64,000 nucleotides of DNA from NCBI GenBank assembly GCA_907165135.1, contig OU015567.1, positions 12,028,001 through 12,092,000 on the forward strand, in the 5' to 3' direction. The position numbers were made by a program, and so were the translations under genes. Each line of letters starts with the position of its first letter. Within the stretch, counting starts at the first letter, position 1. Origin of the DNA: Oikopleura dioica. Its lineage: Eukaryota; Animalia; Chordata. Under the pieces are notes generated by a model, which searched no databases, was not told the DNA's origin, and saw nothing but the letters and a program-made list of their open reading frames with translations. Shown in pieces: positions 21,857 to 35,600 of the stretch.

Positions 21857-24800
21857 ATGCTGATACTCCATCTACTTGGGCACTTGGCGGCCCAAGCGAC
21901 TGCTTCTCAGTGGTTTTTGCAGCCGACAACGAATATCGCGAAAAATGGAAGTGAAGAAACACGAGTCCATTGCTCGACAAAGTCAAAAGCTAACCAGGTA
22001 AATAAACAACAGTAAATTTCCATATGGTAGATTTTGCGTTAATAAAACCGCCATCTGTGGAGTGGGCCGATCTTGTTAGGATAATATACGGGCGATATGA
22101 GGGATCAGACGGCAGAAAGAGACTGTAAGCGACAGTAAATCTTACCGCCATGATTTTCAGGTCACGTGGTTCTTCCAGCCTGCCGATGACTTCAACTGGA
22201 TCACGGTCAAAGCCTTCCCCAGCCAGGATTACGTAACGATCTACGACAAGTACACAAGATACAGTGTCAACGAGGGCCTCACATCCGTCGATAATCAAAT
22301 GGGTAAGTGCTTCTCCCTCCCGCTTCATATGTCCGAGGCGTGTTATGTTAACACCTTAGCGCAAGTGGTGCCGTTTTTCATCGCACAAGTACCCCGACTC
22401 TATCATTCATCGTCAAAAAAGAGCTCGCGCGGCGAAGTTTTGGAAACAAAACCTTTTTCTTCCGCCAAATTTTCAAATTTGCATCCATTTTCCCATGCTC
22501 TCACAAAAAAAAGGGGTTAAATTTAACCTGTCGCTCAGAATATAACTCCGCGGCGGGATGAAGCAGGCGGGGATCGACGATGACAGCCGCTGATCCTTTC
22601 GGTTTTTTTCGGAAATGCAGAAAAAGGCCAAGGAGGGTTAACGATTATTGGCAGTGAATATTTGATAGGTTGCAAACAACTATTTGCTAAATTTGATCAC
22701 ATGGGGTGGAACTAAGCTGCGGCCGGCGGCTGCGGGTGGGGAAAATATGTTTTTGCGATTTCCGGTTTAAGAACAAGGTGATCAGTTCTAATCACATGAC
22801 AAGCATGGGTAGCATTTCGCGGAGACACCAGAGCCGGAAATTCAAAGCGCATTTGACAATATATCCTGATTTTACATGGCTCTTAGGTCTAAAAAAAAAA
22901 CTAGAGCGTTTTTAATCCGGAAATTTTTTCGCTGCGGTGGAATAAAATTTTTCATATTTGTCGAGCTGGCAAAAAGTTCCCAGAAATTATTGCCTATAAT
23001 CTTTGCTCGCCAGTTTGGGCATCCGCCAAAGACCAATATAAAATCCCTTCTCAATGGCTCATAAGTCTAATGGCTCATTTTGAGGCAGGCATTTAAACGT
23101 TTATATCCGGAACTTGCATTTTTCTTCAATTTGGGGCTATCGACTTGTGGTTTTCTTTTGAAATTGAGGATATAATATTCACTCAACGTATTGGGGTTTT
23201 ATTTGGTTAATTTCCCTTCTGCATGAGAGTGAATTATTCATCCCGGCGCATTATCTAATTGATATATTATCTTATGAGAAAGTGCATGTACACATAGTTA
23301 TGTTTTTTCAGCCCTTTTTGAATAATAGATCAGGGTCGTTCTTCTCAGAATTCGTTAAAAAGGGGGAGACGCTCCCTTCGGTACTTAGGGCAATCAAAAG
23401 AAGCTTGATGAATGGGCTGAGCTCTGATCCCTTTTCGCAGCCATTCCCAGCCGATAATGGGTATTCGGCGGTGTTTGGTGTTGTGGCTGGTGCAATCGGC
23501 TAATCCGCGACCTTAGCACCACTTAGGCCCACTTTCGAACACAAGCACATTTTCAAAGGGCGATTTAGGTAAAAACTCGAAATTAAAAATTCGCGGTAGC
23601 CGGATTAATTTTTCGAGATGATTTTTGAATTTAGGCACCATGTAAATAACCTTCAAAGGTCGCATGCATAAATAATCGAGAGCTTTCGGAAAACAAAAAA
23701 ATCCGCGGCCAGCTCGGATCCAGATCGAGGGCCAAGTAACTGACAAATATGAGCTGATATGAAAAACACACATGCACAAAAGAAATTCCTGGACAGCGCC
23801 AAGTTGTTCTGAAAGCGTGTCCCAAAATAATGTCAAAGCATTATTGTAACAATGTCTATTCAGTTTACGCTTACGATCTTGTCATTTCTCCAGTGGCTTG
23901 GGAAGACCGAGGGCGATGGAAGTGCGAAGTCGATCTTGGAAAACACGGTCTGCTCACTTCTGCAATCGGAGATCTTGAAGTTGAAATGCCTCTGACTTCT
24001 GTTGACTTGGAAACTACTGATTTCTCCGGAAGCATCCTCGTTGACAAAGACGACGATGTTCAAATCAAATGCTCTACCTCTGCCACTTTCCCCGCTCCAA
24101 ACGGAATTGAAATTCTCATCGGATCCGCCAAACTCAGCAATATCCAAATTCAAGAGCAGCGTTCTGGCTCGCTGACAAAACTCACCGCCATTGGAAAGTT
24201 GACCAACGTGCCTGTTGACTATCAAAATCAACGCATCACATGCTCTTCAAGCTGGACAGGAACGATGGACACGGCCGAATTCAGCGACATTGCCAGCTTG
24301 ACGGTCTTCCACGCGCCGGAATCCCTTTCAATCGCCGCCAACACCGTTAAATATGGACAATTGCTCGTCGCCACGTGTAATGAACGGTAAGTTAATATAT
24401 TCACCCTTTGCCGATTTAACCCTGATGTTTAGCATCAAAGGAAACCCTACGCCGACGTTCGAGTGGCGCCTGGATGGGCGATTTATGGGCAATGGAAAAA
24501 CGTTGGAAGCAAAAGTGTCCGAGAGTGACGACCGCAAAGTGCTTGAATGCACGGCAATCCACCAACCGCTCAAAGGAGCAACCCAGCGTGTCAAGACGAC
24601 AAGCCAAATCCGCGTTGAATGTAAGTCAAAATAATTATGCTTTCGCCTGAATAGCAATGTACAGTAGTGGCAAGAATATTAAACTTTATTTCGCGCTGAT
24701 TGCCAACACGCAAGATTGTCGTTCAATTAGTCCCGCCCTTCACAACACTGACATGCGGCAATATGTTTAATTTATTATAAACTTTATTATAATAGTAACG

Positions 24801-27580
24801 GCATGTGTGCCCAAACACAATAAATTCACATGCCAGTGCGAATTAAGAAAAAAGTCTTGCTTTAGTTGAACTCGTTAATTAGCTTATCTCAAGATATGAA
24901 TAAAATAAACTGTGTGCCCAAATGGTGGCTAATAAATTATTAAGATCCTCCTGCTGCGGACTCGCTGCGTGCCCAACAACGCAACTTCGGAGATGTTGTC
25001 GAAGTAACGTGTCAATCTGGCGCCGCTTTTCCCGCTGTCGACCTCGAAATATTGCTCAGTAGTGAGCTCGCCGAAGCGGTAGTGCTGCCACAGGATCAAA
25101 AAGCGCGCCGCGGGGGCTTCCTGACCTCGCGAAAGGTCACCCTTCCGAAAACCGCCGGAAATCACAATCAAAAAATCACCTGTATCCAGTCCTGGGGCGG
25201 TGGCGTATTCAAACAGTCCGTGGACGAGCTTGTCAAAGTCGAACATGCCCCGCGAGACGTGCGACTTGTCCTCGATGACGAAATCAAAGTCGGCGAAAAT
25301 CGAATTGGTTGCACTGCGGTCGGCGGGTACCCCTCCGTTCTTCCTGATGACGTCTCATTCTTCAAAGGCGATTCACTTCTCAAGACCAAAAAGGAGGCTG
25401 AAAACGACTCAGTGTTCACCGTCATTACTCTCGATAAAAGCGATAACGGAGAAGAACTAAGCTGCCAGCTCCGTCATCCCGACTTGGAAAGCAACCTCAA
25501 AGCCACTACTTCCCTTGAAGTCACATTCTCTCCCGAAAAGCTGAATATTCTCATGGATAAAGAAATCTACAACACTGACGACACGATCAAGTTCACTGTC
25601 AATGTTGGCCCGACCTACCCACTGCCAAAAATACTTTGTTCAAAGACAATCTTCTCCGGAGAATCCATCGAACTCACTCCTACGTCATCAAATCCGTCTC
25701 CCGCGCTTCCATATGGATTCACCGTTACTGAAACATATGACGTTTTCGCATCATTTCTCGACCACGAAGCCATCCTGTCCTGCACTGTCGCTGACAAAAC
25801 CGTTGAGCAAACCCTGTCCGTGCTTACTAAACCAACATTCATCAACGACAGAGTTTTTGAAGTCAAAGAAGGCGAGGAGGAATTCAAAATTAACCTTTTT
25901 GAAGTCATTCGAGCAAATCCACCTATCACTGAAGCGAGCTGGCGCCGGGCTGAAGCCAGATCTCGATCCTTTGACGCCACAAATGGAGTTCTTTTACTCA
26001 AAAAGATCACGAAGAACACAGCTGGAGAATATTTTATCGACAGTGGAGATTCGGGAGCTTCTGGGACAATTTCCATCAATGTCTTGACAGCTCCAGAAAT
26101 CACTATCGATGGAGTGACTGAGCTTAAAAAGGGAGACAAGTTGACTCTTGAGTGCATGGCTGAAGGTTATCCAACACCTGAAATTGAGTGGATCAACAAA
26201 CTCGGCGAGAAAATTGATTCTGACGGAATTCTCATCGTCGATGAAATTTCAAAACCATCTGAATTCACCTGCAAAGCTTCCAACTCCCACTCAACTCGAT
26301 CTGTTACAACTCAAGTAACCGTTGCTTTTGCTCCAAAAGTAAGCGCTGTTGAACCCCGAGTCCTTGTTGTCTCCGAAGAAAATGACAGCATCGTTCGAAT
26401 CAGCTGTGCTGTCCTAGCCGAGCCTCCAGTGTCATCTCTACGATTTATCTCACCAAGCGGAATTGCATCGTTTGGACACTTTGACGGTGAAGTCTGGTCG
26501 CGAGACTTGGACAGAATGAGTTTGATGAACAATTTCGGTGCATGGACTTGCGTCGGCGAAAACGATTATGGAAAGTCGCAGGCTGAAATTACTGTTGTAA
26601 AAGCTGGCGCTCCAGATAAAGTTGAAAACCTTCGACTAAACGATCATTCTGGAAGCTCGGGCATCCTGACTTGGACCAGTGGATTCGACAATGGATACGA
26701 ACAGAAATTCAGAGTTCAACTCAAATCTGCTGATCGAATTGAAAAATTCTCAACCGTGCGAACTGAAGTGCCACTCATGAATCTTACAGCGCAAGAATAC
26801 ACTGCTACAGTTTGGGCAGTAAATGAGAAGGGCAGTTCTATTCCAGTTGAACTCAGCTTCAATGCTTCCCCACAGGCTTTGACTGGAAGTGTTTATGCAA
26901 TGTCCTACGCTCTTGGATTCATCCTTGTCTTCGCTCTGATCGTCGTTGCGATTTTCTTGTACAAGGGTCATCGACAAAGAGGACTCAAATATCCAACCAA
27001 GCCAAACCGTAAGTTTGTCTCTAAAAAATAAACGCTTATTTTTCCCCTAGAATCCGATACAGATCGCTCAAGTCTGCCAGAATCCGAAGCGCTTGTAAAA
27101 CCGACAAGCATCGCCGGGGGAAACATCTTCGAAATTAACCCTGATGATCTCAGCCCTCCACTTGACTCAAGATCCGACTCTGACCGTAAGTTCTACTTTT
27201 CAATTGCCGATCATTTATTTTCATATTGTAGATATGTTGAGATTTTACTCCTTGACGAAAGAACAGTCTCAAAACGGAATCCTCGTCGATCATTTTGGAA
27301 ACCCAGACCAGCTTGATTACAATTTCCTGCCAAAAGCACCTGCTTCTGAAGCTAACTGCCGCCACCACCAGCTTGTTATTACCGATAGAAGCTATACGAC
27401 ATTACCAAAGGTAAACTTTGGTAATTTTTCTATTTCATCTAACATTTCTTCTAGCTCTTAGCCGATACAACAAGTGGCTACTGCAGCTCAAACTCATCCA
27501 ACTCGAACCAAATGAGACGATCTCAAAGCTACCAAAGCCGCAGAAGCAGAATCAAATCATCAGAAGGCGTACTTGTTTAA
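21857..27580 (+). CDS. Nephrin/Sns/Hibris/SYG-2-type IgSF adhesion protein (signal, 9 Ig, 1 FN3, TM, tail)
   Basis: Exons 21857-21997, 22161-22302, 23864-24386, 24433-24620, 24945-27008, 27051-27185, 27232-27410, 27455-27580, all GT-AG and phase-compatible. Signal MLILHLLGHLAAQATA; Ig motifs (DRGRWKC, GNPTPTFEW, CMAEGYPTPEIEW, GAWTCVGEN); FN3 (GAPDKV..W..GFDNGYEQKF..YTATVWAVNEKG); TM YALGFILVFALIVVAIFLY. C-terminus EGVLV resembles nephrin-family GxLV ends. Confidence 0.82.
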
Positions 27581-28462
27581 ATAACCGCTCTTTTAAACTT
27601 TGTAAATTTTTTGTATATTGTTGTTAATTATTATTTACAAAAAATGTTCATTTTATGTATATAAGACCTGCTCTCACATCACTGTACCATTCCAAGCCGA
27701 ATAAACAATAAACTCAACGAGAAATTATTATTATGTATTTCTTCTGAAGCAGCAACCAAAGTCAACTTAGTTTCGCTGGTTCATGTTCTAACCAGTGCAC
27801 CAACTTGAAATTTTGCAACGAGAAGATATTGTTGAGCGCTTAATTTGAAAGGCCTCGCCATTGCTTCTATTGAGAACAGTTTACCAATTTACATGGCTCT
27901 TGAAAAATACGAATAGGATAGTTATTAAAATGACTGAAGGGGATGTATTTTTATCGCTCAGAATTAAGCAAATGCTAACCCTTAGAATAACAATCAATTA
28001 TCTCGAGGGCGAGCGCGTGGTAGAGCACTTATATTTGGTTTTAACCAGACCAAACGGTCGGACAAGATCGCCTTGTTAGAAATATGAAAAAGCTAAAGTA
28101 TATTTTATTTTTTCTTCGAACTCATGTAGAATGCTACTGATGTGAGAGCTCTAAAGAAATATTCAGAGAAAAAATTACTTGAAGAAAGTTAACGATTTAA
28201 ACAATACATACATTCTTGAGAGCTCTTAAAAGTGGAGATTGCTGGCATAGCTTTGGCACCTACTGTTATCCTGAGCCTTCTGCCTATAACGTCCAATGCA
28301 CGTTAGTGAAATCTCGAAATTGAACATTGGTTTAATTGATATTTAGTCAAACTTCGATGTCGCTTACGTATCATAGTTGCTTGTTCGAAAGTCCGCCATA
28401 TGTCCTAAGAATAAGTTCAAGATTCAATAAATACGTTACCAATCATTTAATGAAGATATTGA

Positions 28463-29290
28463 ACTGAGAGAAGCTACTGTGATTCAAAACCGACTAAAGA
28501 AACCTTGAAAAATGGTTGGAGAAAGCTTACAATTGGTCTCGAAGACTGCGCTGTCAGTTCACTACAAACAATGGACAACCTGACTTTTCGGACAGTGCTC
28601 GTGACGTTTATGCATAGAATCCAAGGAGTTAGGATTCTTAAAAGACGGGAAATACCACTGAAATGCGAGTATGAAATTCAAAGCATTCAGTCAAGTTCAC
28701 GGCCTCAACTGCGATCGGCGGTCGTTATCGATGAGGGCTTTAAATGTAGGGATCTCAATTTTCTTACAAATTGCGACGGATTAAGAGCTTCCTCATAAGA
28801 TAGTAGGAGATCCCAATTACAAGCCAGCGATGTGAGCCTCGATCAATTGGTTGGCGACTCGAACTTCCAGTTAGAAGTTAATGACTTGGGAAACGGATTT
28901 TTGCTTGGAAAGAAATTCAGCATTCATATTTCTTTCGATTCGCCTCTGGAAAAACTAGGCTGGTCAATTGACTCCTGCAGTGTCGAAGTTCAAGGTGATG
29001 AAAAATTCGACTTCTTGAAAAACGGATGCGGCCTCGATTTCCTTGACATTTCAACAAGTGCGGATTGGTTTCAAATTGGATCAGGAAATGTTGAAATTTT
29101 CCTAAATGCTTTTGAACTTGGCGATTCTAATGGCGCATTTTCGATGACCTGCGAGATTAAACTGTGCTACGCCAGCAATGGACTTGAACCTGACGAAGAA
29201 ACTTACTGTAACTTATTTTCTCAGAGAAGATGCGAAAACGAGTTCACTGATTTCTCGCTTTCCAGTTCAGATATTTTTATGCTCAAATAA
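28463..29290 (+). CDS. ZP-domain secreted protein (5' exons unresolved, probably from about 28084)
   Basis: ZP-N-like YCDSKP..GWRKLTIGLEDCAV..LKCEY. ZP-C-like WSIDSCSV..FLKNGCG..FLNAFELG..MTCEIKLC. Inferred intron 28746-28799 removes an in-frame stop. No TM. Confidence 0.68.
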
Positions 29291-29622
29291 AAACACTCAA
29301 AAAGGCAAATTATTTTTTTTTCTTCCTTGATTTCGGCGAGTCAGGTTGAGGGCGGTGAAAATGACAGAAGATGGGATGAATAGGACATGGGGCGGAGCGT
29401 CGCTTCTTTTGCTCGTTGTGCGCAGATTGAAAGGCAAATAGGACTGGCATTGTTTGACAATTTCATTGAAATAGACTTGGAGGAAATTAAACAATTCGCT
29501 TCACTCTAAAATTTTCTATTGATCGACGAGAACTTAAATCGAAGACAAAAATTTCATCATAAAAATAACTAGAAACAATTTTTACGAACGAAAAACTTAG
29601 AGAGTACTTATGAACGAAGAAG

Positions 29623-32600
29623 ATGAGATCGATTAACAATTTGATCTTCATCCTTATTTACAACCGGATTGACGCTGCTGAAATATGCAAAGCGGGAGAG
29701 GTCAGAATTGGTGAAAGCTGTTTTGAGTGTCCCGCTGGATTCAGGTTCGTTTTCAGATCCCTCATCTTTGAGGCTCGAGTTTTCAAGTTTTTTAGATTCT
29801 ATTTAATTTAAATTTTAAATTTTATTTGAGTTGAATTCGTAGATATAATTTTAAAACATTATACCATCAATTTTTACGTTTCTTATGCATGAAGTTTGTT
29901 TGAACAGAAATCTGCGCGAAAGCTGTAGAGCTCAATTAGTGTGGATGATGGCACAGAGCTTGGCCTTTGTCTTAGCAACGCTGCCTTAATATTTGCCTCA
30001 ACTAGCGATTACGTTTAGATGTTCCGACGAGAAGCTTCTTTCGTGTGACCTTGGCGAGTATCAAGACAAAGAAGGGCAAGAGTTCTGCAAGCAATGTCCG
30101 GAAACCGCAATTGACGAAAGGGTTGATCTGGAAGAACCGAGTGTCGCTTGTAATGAATGTCCTCCTGGATACGTAAACATAAAAAATGAGTGCAAACCGC
30201 CAGATGATAGTGAAAAGCATTCTCGTGTCAGACGGGAAGTTACCAATTGTAAATCAGGATTTTATCTTGTGACAAGTGCGGTCAGTGGCGAAAATGAGTG
30301 TGTTCCTTGTCCAGAAGGAAAATATTGCACTGGTGGGAATAATGCTCAGAGTAAAAACTGCGCAAAAATTGGCGATCATACATATTCTGGACATGGCATG
30401 TCTACATGTCCCTCTTGTACGAATATTGTCTCTTTATATGGAAAAATATGCAAATCCGACAAAAATAACAAGTTGAGCGAAATAAGAGAATGCCCAGCGG
30501 GTACAAAGGCAGATGCAAATGGAAGTAATACTACAAACTGCTCTGCAAAGAACTATTGTCCTGGAAACTGCAAAGAAATTTCTTGCCCAAAAGGAACCTA
30601 CTCGAAGGCTTCAGCGAGTGAGTGTTCTATTTGCAGAGCTGGTAAATATTGCTCGAATGGATCCGAACGAGATTGTGGTACTGATGAAGTTAGCGCTGAC
30701 GGTCAATCATCCTGTATTCCATGCCCACCCGGATACGCTTGCCCGAATGAAAAACTCCAAGACGCAGTGCGATGCTTGCCAGGCAATTTTATTCAAGGAA
30801 CATCTTGTACTCCGTGTCCTGCTGGAAGTTATTGTCCCTCACCTACCGCTGGAAGAAAGAACTGTCCCGAAGGAACTTTTTCACAGGCCGGGGCTACTTC
30901 GTGTTCACCTGCTTTACCTGGATTTGAAGCTAAGAACGCCAACACAGAAAGTCCAACAAAATGCTCAGCTGGCCAATATTCAGTTGATGGGAAAGAGTGC
31001 ATAGATTGTCCGAAAAATAACTACTGCCCCGCTGTGAATAGACCACCAATTCCTTGTCTTCCAGGATTTCACACAGCAAATACAAAGTCAACATCATGTG
31101 ATCCATGCCCAGCGGGAAGTTTTTGTGAATCAGGCCAAGACCCAGTACCTTGTGAGGATGGATTTTATTCTCATAAGGGTGCTTTTACTTGCACAGTCTG
31201 TAAACCTGGCTATCTGTGCACTACAACTTCGCATGACTCTCCTATGTCCGATCCTTGTCCTGCCGGAAGTTACTGCCCTATCATTGATGAGGGCGATGGC
31301 GCAAAACCGACAAGAAAAACATGTCCGGAAGGAACATTTCAACCAGAGACCGGAAAATCATCATTTCATGACTGTCAGCCATGTCCTCCAGGGTACGTCT
31401 GTACGACGAATGCACTACCAACAGTGAAATGCCCAGCTGGATTTTATTGTCCTGGCGTAACCATTTCTCAATCTCTTATTGACGAGCTTGATGACAGTTC
31501 AACAAATCTACAATACAATAACAATCCAAATACACTTTCTATTAATGGCATGCAGTATCCCTGTCCTCCAGGAACATATAACCCTGACGAGGGAATCACT
31601 CATGTGTCACAGTGTAAAATCTGCGACGCTGGAAAGTATTGCATTGAAGGTAGTGAAAGTCAAACCAATTGCCCGGCACATCACTATTGCCCCCAAGGAT
31701 TTCCAGCAACGGGTGGCAATGTTACTCCATGCCCTGCTGGCTACCACAGTTCTAGTGGTGGACTTGCGAACCCGCAACAGTGCGATGTCTGTAGTAGAGG
31801 AAAGTATTGTGAGAGTGGAAAGGGTGAAACAAATTGTCCTGCTGGAACATATCGAGCAGAAGAAGGTGCTGAATCAAAAAGTGACTGCATTCCATTGCAA
31901 CCAGGAACCTTCAGCTCTTCTACCGGAAAAATCGATGACACTGGTACTATATGTCCAAAAGGGAGTTTTTGTCCTCCAGGATCAACCGAAGCAATCCCTT
32001 GCCCAGTTGGAACGTATGGTAATGCAACTGGACTACATTATCAGCATAACTGCAAACCTTGTGAACCTGGAAAATACTGCCCCTCGACTGGTCTAACTGA
32101 CGCAGACCAAATACAGTGTTCTCGAGGTTATTACTGTCCGCTCGGCACAATATATGAAAAACAATTTCCATGTGAAGCTGGAACTTACTCTGATGTCGGA
32201 ACTGAGTGTCAAAGAAAAGCACCTGATGCTTTTGACTGGGTTAATGTTATCTCTTGCAATTTGGAATGCCAGATTTGTGATGCTGGATCATATTGTCCCG
32301 CCGCGACAGAATCAACACAAGTTACAAGCCTGAAGTGTCCATCTGGTCATTACTGTCCTGAAGGAACAATGAGCAAATTCCAGTTTCCTTGTCAAAATGG
32401 AACGTATAATGAATTTGAGGGAAAATACAGTCCTAACGATTGCATAAAATGCACAGAGGGACATTGGTGCGGAGAAGGAACAACTAATCCAACACCCTGT
32501 CCTGATGGAAGATACTACAAAAATGATACTAGTCTTATTGGAGCGAGAAATGTTGACGAGTGTGATTTATGTCCAGGTGGTAAATACTGCACAACAACAG

Positions 32601-35600
32601 GTTCGTCCGATTGCGATCCAGGAACATACTCACGACCTGGTCAAACTTCATGCAAACCATGTGTTGCAGGCTCATATTGCCCAACTGGAACATCAGAAAA
32701 GGCAATGTTGAATGACTTAATTTGTCCGGCTGGAAAATTCTGCCCAGAAGGTTCGGAAAATGCACTTTTGGATTGTGAAGAGGGCTTTTATTGCCCGAAA
32801 GGAACCGATCAACAATTAAAGTGTTTTCCCGGAACATACAATACTCAAAGAGGGAAAGCAGAAGCTAGTGACTGCGTTCAATGTGATGCAGGCTATTACT
32901 GTACTGAAGGTATGGCTACTTCGCCGATAAGTAACGCCTCGATGCTTTGTGATGAGGGTTATTATTGCCCAAAAGATATCGTTCTGAATGCATTTCTCAC
33001 AAAATACGACCTTGAAAGTGGTGATGTTCAGCAAGCTCTCAACCGCAAAGTAGGATCATGGGGGCCCAAGCAATTCCCTTGCCCAGGCGGAACTTATCGA
33101 GATACTAAAGGCGCAAAAGATGACAAAGAATGTACAGATTGTTCGGCGACAAAATACTGCCCAGAAGGAAGTCCAAAAGAACTTGATTGTCCTGACGGCT
33201 ACGTTTGTGGTGCTAAAACTGAAGTTCCTATTCCCTGTCCAAAAGGAACCTACCATGATACAACAGCTACTCCGTCCCTCTCTTCTATCGACGAGTGCAC
33301 TGATTGTACTGAAGGAATGTACTGCGACGGAGAAGGTTTGACAGCACCTCGTGATAAATGCGATCCTGGGTATATTTGTTTCACTGGTTCTCCGATTTCG
33401 AATCCGCTAGACATCTACGGTAGTGAATGTTCCGCGGGCGGGTACTGTGAGCAAGGATCGTCCCAATTAACACCTTGTCCCGATGGTACATTCTCGAATG
33501 CAAGTAGAGCGACAACGGACAAGGAGTGCGTCGACTGCCGACCAGGTCTGTTTTGCGACCCTGGAGGGAGTGCTATTATTGAACCTACTGGAGGATGCCT
33601 TCCTGGATATTATTGTACTGAAAAATCTAATACATCCACTCAAAATAGTTGTGGCCCAGGTACATTTTGTGAGGAATTGTCTTCAGTCGAGTCCAGCTGC
33701 ACTTTCGGAACATACAACCCTTCTTTCAATAATGATTCATGTGTTGCTTGTGATGAAGGAAGTCTCTGTAAATCAACTTCACTTTCTTCACCTGGTCCCG
33801 CATGTCCAGAAGGAAGCTTTTGTCCTAGTCCCTTCAAATTTATCAATCCTAACGATCATACAGATATTATTCTAATGAATACATCGTCATCATATCCAAA
33901 ACTACTTCCTGAAATTGGATCTTACACTCCAGTTCTTTGTCCACCAGGAACATATGGGGTGAGTGGTGACAAAAAAGATGAAACAACTTGTGTACGTTGT
34001 CCTGAAGGCAAAGCTTGCTTTCATTTTGGAATGACATTTAGTGATATTGAAGATTGCGAAGCCGGATTTATGTGCGGAGAGGGGAATATTTATAGAACTC
34101 CTTCGGAAGGCGATGGCGATTCAATGTCGAGCGGGCCTTGTGAGCCTGGTCATTATTGTCCTGCTGGAACCACAATATCAGGGTCTACTGCACCCAAGAA
34201 ATGTCAACCAGGAACATTCAATCCTAACAAATTCGGTAAGGCTCTTGATGACTGCTTACCTTGTCTCGCTGGTATGGCATGCACAGCTGAGGGCCTTGAA
34301 TGGCCCGATGCAGAATGCGAGGCAGGATACTATTGCACTGCTGGTGCTTCAAGCGCACAGCAAAATAAGTGCACTCTCGGACACTATTGTCCTCCTGGTT
34401 CGAATAAAGAAAAAGAATGTCCAGTCGGATATTATCAAAAAGAATTAGGTCAATCAACTTGTACGCCCTGTCCTGCTGGTAAACTGTGTCCGACAGAGGG
34501 AATGGACGATCCCCAGCCTTGTATCGCTGGAAGCTACTGTTTAGGGACACATTGTGAGCCAGGTTCCACGTGTGATCTTGGCAAGTTGAAACCAGGTACG
34601 CGACAGCTTATTCGATGCGGTTGCGAAGACAATGGCAAAGTTTGTGGAAACACAAACGTCGCGTGTTATGAAGAACGAGTCCCCACTTATTGCCCGATTG
34701 GATATTATGGAGTGGGAGACATTCTCAAAAGTGAAGGTGAATGTACTCTCTGCGATGCTGGAAAATATTGTGACGAGCCAGGAATGACTTCAACACAACA
34801 AAAATCGATAGGAAAGGGGCATTTTTCTACAGGGGGTGCACGAGTGAAATATCCGGTTGAGACAATTTATCCAAACGGAACTTTTGATTATCCCGATTGC
34901 TTAGGATCAAATACATGTGGCTTATGTGAGAAAGGATATTTCTGCAACCAAGAAGGACTTACCACCGCCACTCCTTCTGCCAATAAGTGCCCGAAATTTA
35001 CTTTCTCCAATCAACCTGGATACGGCGAAGACAATTGTATAATATGTCCTGTCGGTTACGATTGCAACACAGAGGGAATATCAGAACTAACGGACGATCT
35101 GCTTTGTGAAGAACATTTTACTTGTACTGGCGGCGGCGCCTCAAAAAATGACTGTGAAGCAGGTAAATATTGCCCGAGAGGATCAAGTGAAGGACTCCCT
35201 TGTACTCCAGGCTATTTTTGCGAAGGAACATCGACAGGCCGTCAAATCTGCCCTGCTGGAACATTTTGCGAAGGAGGAAATGACGCTCCTGAGCAATGTC
35301 CACCAGGTTACAACTGCCCTGTAGCTGGAACTTACCAACCTCTTCCATGCCAGCCAGGATATTATCAAGATCAACAAGGTCAAATTCAGTGCGAGCTATG
35401 CAGTGCAACAAAGTACTGCCCGGATACGGCGATGAGTCAATCATCGGATGATCTTCCTCTCTGCGATCCTGGATACATTTGTACTGGAGGGGCGAAATCA
35501 CCAAAACAGGAGCCTTGTGAAGAAGGAACTTATAAAGATAGCTCAATGGATAGTTGTGAATCCTGTCCAGATGGAAAATATTGTCCGAACAAAGGAATGA

